Shown: piece after piece, positions 8,960 to 15,489 of the stretch
Position numbering within the stretch: the stretch's first letter is position 1
Layout of the letters: every line of letters starts with the position of its first letter
Translations under genes and position numbers: made by a program
Assembly (NCBI GenBank): GCA_023819665.1
Contig: JAMWCP010000002.1
Location: 1 to 43,635, forward strand
DNA: 43,635 nt
Reading direction: 5' to 3'
From: Candidatus Omnitrophota bacterium
GTDB taxonomy: Bacteria > Omnitrophota > Gorgyraeia > Gygaellales > JAMWCP01
Notes under the pieces: model-generated
What the model was told of the DNA's origin: nothing
Databases searched by the model: none
Seen by the model: the letters and a program-made list of their open reading frames with translations, nothing else

Positions 8960-10080
8960 TATTTTTTATCGGTAATATAAAAACGTGGCAGATGAAAACC
9001 TAAAGATGTGGTTATCTCATAAGGAATGGTACCACTGAGACCTGCCAGTTCTTCAGCAGTAATAAGTTCTTTTTTCTGTCTACCCAACAAAACCACCTCT
9101 TCACCCATCTTTACCTTCAAATCTTTTACATCCACCATCATCTGATCCATACAGATAGTTCCGGAAATCCTAAAGCGCCTTCCTTGAATTAAAACCTCTG
9201 CTTTATTAGAAAGGCATCTAAAATAACCATCTCCATAACCTACGGGTATAACTACTATATTTGTATCTCTTTTAGTTCTGTAAGTATGTCCATAACTTAT
9301 CCCAAATCCTTTAGGTAATTTCTTTATAAAAACCACCCTTGCCTTAAGCGCCATTACCGGCTTAAGTTTTAATTCCAAGCCTTTTTTAGGATAAAGCCCA
9401 TAGACCATAAGCCCGGGTCTTACCATATTAAAGTGACTTTCTCGATAGCCTACCAAAGCCATACTGTTAGCAGTATGATAAAGGGGGATATATATACCCC
9501 TTTTAAATAATCTTTCCTTCAGTTCTTTAAAGAGCTTAATCTGTTGTGAAGTAAAAGAGGTATCCGCTTCTGCCAAAGGAAAATGAGTAAATATCCCTTC
9601 AATCTCTAAGCACTTTAATTTTCTTATCCTTAAAATAAAATCAAATGTATCCCTGTATAAAACCCCTAACCTTCCCATCCCTGTATCTACCTTTATATGG
9701 ACTTTTATCCTTTTACCTAAAGCAGTTGCTTTTTTATTTAATAAGCGCGCCACTGTCAAATGAGAAACTGTGGGTGTAAGATCCTCTCTAATTACATAAT
9801 CTATATCCTGTTTTAAAATCATTCCTAATATAAGCACAGGAATTCTTATTTTGGATTCTCTTAACTTTAATGCCTCCTCTACATTAGCGACCCCCAGATA
9901 ATCCACACCTTCCTTAATCAATCTCTTTGCGACGGGGACAATTCCGTGACCGTAGGCATCCTTTTTAACGCAAACTAAAATCTTAGTAGGAGGAGAAAGT
10001 AATCTTTTTAATCTCTGAAAATTATCTGCAAGGTTATCCAGATTGATTTCTAACCACCTATGGTATAAAGATCTATCCAT
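8938..10080 (-). CDS. alr: Alanine racemase
   Basis: PLP-lysine motif VKKDAYGHG, full-length Alr layout (380 aa), and the motif PVGYGDGY. Confidence 0.93.
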   Translation of the reverse strand: MDRSLYHRWLEINLDNLADNFQRLKRLLSPPTKILVCVKKDAYGHGIVPVAKRLIKEGVDYLGVANVEEALKLRESKIRIPVLILGMILKQDIDYVIREDLTPTVSHLTVARLLNKKATALGKRIKVHIKVDTGMGRLGVLYRDTFDFILRIRKLKCLEIEGIFTHFPLAEADTSFTSQQIKLFKELKERLFKRGIYIPLYHTANSMALVGYRESHFNMVRPGLMVYGLYPKKGLELKLKPVMALKARVVFIKKLPKGFGISYGHTYRTKRDTNIVVIPVGYGDGYFRCLSNKAEVLIQGRRFRISGTICMDQMMVDVKDLKVKMGEEVVLLGRQKKELITAEELAGLSGTIPYEITTSLGFHLPRFYITDKKYYSLQIR

Positions 10081-10099
10081 TTTTGTTTTGATTTATATT

Positions 10100-11056
10100 T
10101 TACCTTAAAACAAAAGGGTCTCTCCCTTCTTGGTAGATAATATAGTCCTGAAGAATCTTTTTATGATCGAAGGCAAGTTCTGCATCTTTTATTCTATCTA
10201 ATCTTATCCATTTTATCTGTTGAGCATCATCACCTGCTTTAGGAAAACCTTTGGTTCTAACAATAAATACCGTTCCAATAGTATGGAAACGTGGATCCCT
10301 ATCCGGCCGCGAATAGGTATGGAATTGTTTTAAATCTAAAATCTTAAGACCTGTTTCCTCTTCTACCTCTCTAATAACCGCTTCCTCTAATGTTTCTCCG
10401 TAATGCACAAATCCGCCAGGAAGGGCATAACCAAAAGGAGGGTTGCTCCTTTTTACTAAAAGTACGGATTTACTTTTTTCAATTATCGCGTCTACAGTAA
10501 CAAAAGGACCATTTTGCAATTTATTTATTATATAGTCAAGATAACCTAAAACTCCCTTTTTAAAAATCTCATATGCCTCTTTATTATACAAACAGAAAAT
10601 AATCTCTTTTAAAGGGGTCTTCTTTTCTCTTAGATGTTTCAGTATCTCTTGAGCCATAATCTTTGCAGAAGCCAAATACGGAAAACCTCCTACACCACAA
10701 CCTAAAGCAGGAAAGGCAATGGATTTTATTTTAAGTTTTCTGGCTAACTCTAAAGCACTACGGGTTGCCTGTCTTATCTTTAGCTCATCAGTCTTAAAAT
10801 CCCTGCCCATAGTGGCGGTATGGATTATATACTTAGAGGGAAGCCTTCCTGCTGATGTATAGATTGCTTCTCCCGGCTTAAGCGGACCTTTTTTTACCGC
10901 CTCTTCTTCTATCTCTTTACCTCCTTTTTTCTTAATTAATCCTGATAGACCTCCCTTCATAAAAAGTTTAGTATTGGCAGAATTCACCATTGCTTCTACC
11001 TTTAACTGCGTAATATCTGCCTCTAATAATTTAATCTCTGTATTTTTTATCCTCAT
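10100..11056 (-). CDS. Macro domain - Nudix hydrolase fusion protein (predicted ADP-ribose processing)
   Basis: The N-terminal half has Macro motifs: DITQLKVEAMVNSANTKLFMKGGLSG, IIHTATMG and SIAFPALGCGVGGFP. The C-terminal half has a Nudix box, GGFVHYGETLEEAVIREVEEETGL, and the LAFDHKKIL tail typical of ADP-ribose pyrophosphatase-type Nudix domains. Confidence 0.85.
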   Translation of the reverse strand: MRIKNTEIKLLEADITQLKVEAMVNSANTKLFMKGGLSGLIKKKGGKEIEEEAVKKGPLKPGEAIYTSAGRLPSKYIIHTATMGRDFKTDELKIRQATRSALELARKLKIKSIAFPALGCGVGGFPYLASAKIMAQEILKHLREKKTPLKEIIFCLYNKEAYEIFKKGVLGYLDYIINKLQNGPFVTVDAIIEKSKSVLLVKRSNPPFGYALPGGFVHYGETLEEAVIREVEEETGLKILDLKQFHTYSRPDRDPRFHTIGTVFIVRTKGFPKAGDDAQQIKWIRLDRIKDAELAFDHKKILQDYIIYQEGRDPFVLR

Positions 11057-11058
11057 CT

Positions 11059-11328
11059 TTATTTAAAATTATAATGTTTTTTTACCGGCTTAACCACCTT
11101 CCAAACACAGAAGAGCCCTTTTGGAAAAGTAACAAAATCACCCTTACCAATTTTAACCACATTACCCTCTTTGAACTTAATTTCCACCTCTCCTTCTAAA
11201 AAGTAACACTCTTCAGTCTCATTATAGTGCCACGGAAATTCGGATACTTCTTTCTCCCATGTAGGCCAATTGAATACATCTTTTCTCTTTAATTCTTCGA
11301 AAGATAATTTTTCTATTCTTATCTTCAA
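11059..11328 (-). CDS. Small cupin-domain protein (Cupin_3/DUF861-like)
   Basis: 89 aa with WPTWEKEVSEFPWHYNETEECYFLEGEVEI...GDFVTFPKGLFCVWKV...KKHY, which matches the single-domain cupin pattern. It has a TTG start at 11328. Confidence 0.75.
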   Translation of the reverse strand: MKIRIEKLSFEELKRKDVFNWPTWEKEVSEFPWHYNETEECYFLEGEVEIKFKEGNVVKIGKGDFVTFPKGLFCVWKVVKPVKKHYNFK

Positions 11329-11549
11329 AGCCTACCTTCTTTTAGTTCTTTTAATTGTTTCATAATTTCTTCGATTACAATATAGTCTTTTTTCTCTATA
11401 TATAAAGTAATTCTCTATTTAAACATCTTTCTGCTTCATCTTTTTTGCCAAGAGCAATGTATACCTCTCCTAATCCCTGCCAACCCTCTGGAAAATATGG
11501 TTTTATATCCAACAGTCTTTAAGAAAATTAAGCGATTCTTCATATCTTT
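11325..11549 (-). pseudogene. Frameshifted C-terminal TPR repeats of the upstream gene (decayed tail)
   Basis: Downstream of the stop at 11552-11550, TPR-like coding continues through three successive -1 frame changes: NYPYAYFYLARSLFSLKRYEESLNFLK, then LLDIKPYFPEGWQGLGEVYIALGKKDEAERCLNRELL, then YIEKKDYIVIEEIMKQLKELKEGRL*. The final TGA (11327-11325) overlaps the cupin TTG start. Confidence 0.7.
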
Positions 11550-12368
11550 TTAAAGAAAATAAGGACCGGGCCAAATAAAAATAAGCATAAGGATAATTTT
11601 ATTTAATTTTACCGCTTTTTCTAATTCTGCTCTACAGGCATCAAAATTTTTATCACTATAATATGAAAATCCGTTGAGAAATAAAATAATATATTCTTTA
11701 GTCACAACTCCTTTGTTGAAATCATCTAAAATCTCTCCTAATAACTGCGCCGAAAAAGGACAATTTTCTCCAAAAGACCTGTAAAACTCTAATATCTCTT
11801 TACCCTTCTGAAAATCCTCCTTATAGATATAATTTATCGCTTCACTTATAGCGCCTATCCCTTTATCCTCAAAAGATGAACGGATTTTTTGGATATGTTT
11901 TGTAATCAAAGTGGTTTTTTTTGAATCAGCATAAACCAAAATAACAATTTCGTAATCTCTATTTTTCTTAAGATTGGATACAGAAACCAAGGGAGGTCTA
12001 ATTTCAGTATCTGTAGGAAGAATAGTAATATTTATTATAAAAGGGGCGTTTTTATTTGCAGGATTCTCAAAGATAATTTCTGCAAACACTTCTTTGGAGA
12101 ATGACTTATTTATCTCTGCAACAAAACTATAATAAACCTTCTTATTTTTAAGATCAACGTAAAAACCCACACCTTTAGTCTTAAAATATTCTGTCTGGGT
12201 GGCTTTAGGCGGAGGTGATATCTCTTCTAATCCTAAAGTTGTCTCTGTAGCATTAAAAGCAATGAGGATTAAAAATAATATAAAAATACTTTCTCTTTTT
12301 AAGAAATTTAAATTAAAACACTTATCAATTTTTATGTTTTGCAACTTACTTTTGGTTTTATTTTTCAA
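11550..12368 (-). CDS. Secreted/membrane-anchored hypothetical protein with C-terminal TPR-like region (truncated by frameshift)
   Basis: N-terminal basic region plus hydrophobic segment (KRESIFILFLILIAF). The central domain is unknown. The C-terminal TPR-like sequence DACRAELEKAVKLN runs into out-of-frame junk (KIILMLIFIWPGPYFL*). The TTG start at 12368 is uncertain. Confidence 0.6.
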   Translation of the reverse strand: MKNKTKSKLQNIKIDKCFNLNFLKRESIFILFLILIAFNATETTLGLEEISPPPKATQTEYFKTKGVGFYVDLKNKKVYYSFVAEINKSFSKEVFAEIIFENPANKNAPFIINITILPTDTEIRPPLVSVSNLKKNRDYEIVILVYADSKKTTLITKHIQKIRSSFEDKGIGAISEAINYIYKEDFQKGKEILEFYRSFGENCPFSAQLLGEILDDFNKGVVTKEYIILFLNGFSYYSDKNFDACRAELEKAVKLNKIILMLIFIWPGPYFL

Positions 12369-12377
12369 TAAATATCT

Positions 12378-12890
12378 TCATCTAATTTTAAATATACCCT
12401 GATATCCAGAGTTTACCTTTTTTATCTTAAAAAAAACCAGCTGTGCGATACGCGTGTTTTGTTTTAACATTATACCAGCAGGATTTTCTATTATCAAAAT
12501 AAATTCACCTTTTCCTTTAAAGCCCGCATCCCAGACACCATGTTGAGTAAAAGCGCCCATTCTAAGAAGCGAAGTACGCGAGAAACACAAAGCGGTTAAA
12601 TTGTAAGGAAGACTAATTAACTCATTTGTTCTTATTTTATAAGCACCTTTATTTAAACTCCACCAACCAAATTTATCCTGGGGATTATGTTTTGTCGGTA
12701 TAATAGCTTTCTCTTCGGGAATCTTCCTTTCTTTATTGGAGAAATCTAAACTACCTGCAGCCATAAATTCAAAAACCATCTCTACGGTCAAATCAAATCC
12801 ATTAGGAGTGAGTTGTTTTTCTAAATCAATATAATTCTGAATAAGACCCTTTTTTAGAATAAGTTTCTTTATTTCAGTTGCATTGAGCAT
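12378..12890 (-). CDS. dCTP deaminase/dUTPase-superfamily protein (Dcd/Dut-like)
   Basis: 170 aa. The N-terminus MLNATEIKKLILKKGLI...LTPNGFDLTV and the motif GVWDAGFKGKGEFILIIEN fit the trimeric Dcd/archaeal-type Dut fold. The exact activity cannot be assigned by eye. Confidence 0.65.
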   Translation of the reverse strand: MLNATEIKKLILKKGLIQNYIDLEKQLTPNGFDLTVEMVFEFMAAGSLDFSNKERKIPEEKAIIPTKHNPQDKFGWWSLNKGAYKIRTNELISLPYNLTALCFSRTSLLRMGAFTQHGVWDAGFKGKGEFILIIENPAGIMLKQNTRIAQLVFFKIKKVNSGYQGIFKIR

Positions 12891-13261
12891 AATGCTCTTA
12901 ATATCTGTTGGGGTATCTCTTTGGGTTTAAAATTTCTATCCACACAGACCAAAACAGTTCTCGCGCGCGTAGTAATTTCATTATCTTGGTTGCGGATATC
13001 ATAATCAAAAATCAACTTAACAGATGAATATTCTATAATTCTAGTTTTTATAGTCAGAATATCTCCATATAAAACTGGTTTTAAATATTCTATCTGCTGC
13101 GCTCTTACTACAAAGATTATCCCTTCTTTAAGCAGTTCTTTTACCGAAAATCCTTTTTCTTCAAAATATTCGGTACGTGCCTCTTCAAGAAACTCAAGAT
13201 ATTTACCGTAATAGACCACTCCTCCGCAATCGGTATGATGATAATAGATCTTTATCTTCAT
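12869..13261 (-). CDS. Acyl-CoA thioesterase, YbgC/4HBT family
   Basis: IKIYYHHTDCGGVVYYGKYLEFLEEARTEYF matches the hotdog-fold YbgC signature. 130 aa. Confidence 0.85.
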   Translation of the reverse strand: MKIKIYYHHTDCGGVVYYGKYLEFLEEARTEYFEEKGFSVKELLKEGIIFVVRAQQIEYLKPVLYGDILTIKTRIIEYSSVKLIFDYDIRNQDNEITTRARTVLVCVDRNFKPKEIPQQILRALCSMQLK

Positions 13262-13318
13262 TGCTATCTAATCAATATTGAAAAACAATATTTTATGACT
13301 GTGCTAATCTGTTATCTT

Positions 13319-14470
13319 TTATTTCTTAATTAAGCGCAGTATTATTCTATTTTTATCATAATAACCCAATCTCATTTTATTTACCACTTGAGTAAAAAAT
13401 TCTATAGTTGAATCGTAAATCTTTTTATCTATCGGATAGGGAGTTCTATCTTTCCCTCCATGAGCAAAACTGTACCTTGCAGGATCCTCATAGGAAGGCT
13501 TTGCTCCGTAGATAACCTCAGAAACCAGACTTAATGCCCTTATAGTTTTAGGTCCTACACCGGCTTGGGCAACTAAACTTTCATAATTTTTAGGTTTATG
13601 CTCGCAGAGTCTATAGAGTATCTTCTTTAAATAAACATTCTGAAAAAAGTTCTCCTCTAACACCGGATGGGTAGAAAACTCCTTATCTTCTAAATTTAAA
13701 AAAGTAAACTGTATATCTTTAAATCTAAAAGAAAAAACCTGCGATAATTCATCAGAATGTCTCTTTAAAATCTCTATGTCTTTCATCAAGCTCTTAAAAC
13801 TTCCCTGTACTAACTCTGTACTTATCTTTTGCGTCGTTTGACTTTCTTTAGCCACAAGATTTAAGGTAGGTACTTTAATCTGGCTGATAATTCCTGAATG
13901 GGGTTGGCAGACTAAATCCTTGATATTATCTGAAGACCAGTGATATCTACGCGCAGCCTGATAAACCGTATTCATACCCTGCTGAACCACACTCCAGGTG
14001 CCATCTTTGGTAAAAAAGAAACTGTGATGATAGATCTGAAACCCATCCTGGATAAGACAACTATCTACTTTGGCAGACATACGGGAGTTATAGATTAGGT
14101 TATCTACTTTATAGGCGGATAGACCTAACGTATTCCCCCCATTTTCTATTTCCTTAGGTGTCTTACGAGAAGCCTTGCCTTTTCCCCCGCAGATAAATAA
14201 TCCTAAAGATTTTTCTTTTCCTCTGATTGCCTCCTTTAAAGCGGCAGTTAAAATAGTAGTGAGTCCGGAGGAATTCCAATCAAATGCCAAAACCGTTCCC
14301 AATGTCTGAAACCATACCGGATCAGCAATTCTTTTTACAAACTCCTGCGTACCATACTCTCTAACAATCATCTCTATAATCTGAGTTCCCAGTTTTACCA
14401 TCCGCTCAAACAGCCATCGAGGACAATTTCCTCTATCTAAACCAAATGTAGCAATTCCTCTCTGAATCAT
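13319..14470 (-). CDS. DUF763-family protein (function unknown)
   Basis: From memory, CPRWLFERMVKL...DPVWFQTLGTVLAFDWNSSGLTT and the C-terminal SFAHGGKDRTPYPID match the conserved DUF763 blocks. It contains an HhH-like segment, AGVGPKTIRALSLV. Its ATG overlaps the pyruvate kinase stop (ATGA). Confidence 0.55.
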   Translation of the reverse strand: MIQRGIATFGLDRGNCPRWLFERMVKLGTQIIEMIVREYGTQEFVKRIADPVWFQTLGTVLAFDWNSSGLTTILTAALKEAIRGKEKSLGLFICGGKGKASRKTPKEIENGGNTLGLSAYKVDNLIYNSRMSAKVDSCLIQDGFQIYHHSFFFTKDGTWSVVQQGMNTVYQAARRYHWSSDNIKDLVCQPHSGIISQIKVPTLNLVAKESQTTQKISTELVQGSFKSLMKDIEILKRHSDELSQVFSFRFKDIQFTFLNLEDKEFSTHPVLEENFFQNVYLKKILYRLCEHKPKNYESLVAQAGVGPKTIRALSLVSEVIYGAKPSYEDPARYSFAHGGKDRTPYPIDKKIYDSTIEFFTQVVNKMRLGYYDKNRIILRLIKK

Positions 14471-15480
14471 CTCTTTAGATATATTTCTGTGGCTTTGATA
14501 ATTTCATTCATCATCCTGACCGCTTCTACAGGATATCTTCCGATAGCAGTTTCTGCAGAGAGCATTACAAAATCTGTTCCATCGATTATAGCATTAGTAA
14601 CATCAGAGACTTCTGCACGCGTGGGCCGAATATTCTCTGTCATAGATTCTAACATCTGAGTAGCAGTAATCGCAAATCTTTTTTTTAATTTCGCTTTTTT
14701 TATAATCTCTTTCTGTAATATGGCTACCTCATATATCGGACAGGTCACCCCCAGATCTCCCCTGGCAACCATTAAACCATCGGATACGTCTAAAATATTA
14801 TCTATATTCTTTATAGCTTGAGGATTTTCAATCTTTGCGACAATCCGGACCTTATGCCCCAAAGGAACCAACTCCTTTATTTTTAGAATATCATCCTTTT
14901 CTCTTACAAAGGATTGGGCAATATAATCAAAATTGTTCTCTATACAGAACTGAATATCTCTTCTATCTTTAGGAGTAATCCCTTTAAATCTTAATTCGGT
15001 AGAGACAAAATTTATCCCTTTGCGTTCCTTTAATATACCCGGCACCACAACCCTTGTCTTAAGAAAATCTCCTTTGTATCCTTCAACTACCAAACATAGA
15101 TTGCCATCATCGATATAGATAAACTGTCCTTTTTTTATATCTTTTATATCTTGCCGGTAATCAAAAGGAATGAGATTGCCTTCTCCTAAAACAGCTTCTT
15201 TAGTAAAATAATAAATCTTTCTTTTTTTTAATTCTATAGGATTTTTGAGTCTACCTACCCTTATGCGATAGCCCTCTAGATCCCCCAAAAACTTTATTGC
15301 TCTGCGATATTTTTTATTTATCTTTCTTACCAGCCCAATCACTTTTATCCATTCATCAAGTCTTCCATGGGAAAAATTTATCCTTACCACATCTAACCCT
15401 GCTAAAATCATTTTTCTTAAAACTTTATAACTACCGGATGCGGGACCTAAGGTAACAATAATTTTAGTCTGCGGGATCAT
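14467..15480 (-). CDS. pyk: Pyruvate kinase, short form lacking the C-terminal regulatory domain
   Basis: KIIVTLGPAS, VRINFSHG, KIENPQAIKNIDNILDVSDGLMVARGDLGV, ATQMLESM and MLSAETAIGRYPVEAV are all present. The protein ends at 337 aa, just after the A-domain barrel. Confidence 0.88.
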   Translation of the reverse strand: MIPQTKIIVTLGPASGSYKVLRKMILAGLDVVRINFSHGRLDEWIKVIGLVRKINKKYRRAIKFLGDLEGYRIRVGRLKNPIELKKRKIYYFTKEAVLGEGNLIPFDYRQDIKDIKKGQFIYIDDGNLCLVVEGYKGDFLKTRVVVPGILKERKGINFVSTELRFKGITPKDRRDIQFCIENNFDYIAQSFVREKDDILKIKELVPLGHKVRIVAKIENPQAIKNIDNILDVSDGLMVARGDLGVTCPIYEVAILQKEIIKKAKLKKRFAITATQMLESMTENIRPTRAEVSDVTNAIIDGTDFVMLSAETAIGRYPVEAVRMMNEIIKATEIYLKR

Positions 15481-15489
15481 TTTTATAAT

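Noticed and set aside
10100-11056. The Macro domain as a DarG-like antitoxin of a DarT/DarG toxin-antitoxin pair.
   Set aside because: No adjacent DarT-like (DUF4433-type) ORF exists. The neighbours are a cupin and alr. The Macro domain is fused to a Nudix ADPRase-like domain, which points to ADP-ribose metabolism rather than to a toxin-antitoxin module.
11325-11549. The 221-bp gap as a non-coding RNA, a riboswitch, or a set of independent small ORFs.
   Set aside because: All three reading-frame segments encode contiguous TPR-type repeat sequence that continues the upstream protein. None has its own start codon or ribosome-binding site. A frameshifted coding remnant explains the whole interval.
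12378-12890. Possible anti-phage dCTP-deaminase-type nucleotide-depletion defence gene.
   Set aside because: The protein is only 170 aa and consists of a bare Dcd/Dut fold with no extra kinase-like or sensor domain. It sits in a housekeeping array with no mobile-element or defence-island context, so it is most simply a metabolic dUTPase or dCTP deaminase.
13274-13292. Hairpin AATATTG-aaaaa-CAATATT in the 57-nt gap after the DUF763 gene, as a possible intrinsic terminator.
   Set aside because: The stem is 7 bp with six A:T pairs and only one G:C pair, and no T-run follows it on the transcribed (minus) strand. It is too weak to call, and palindromes of this kind are expected by chance in AT-rich DNA.
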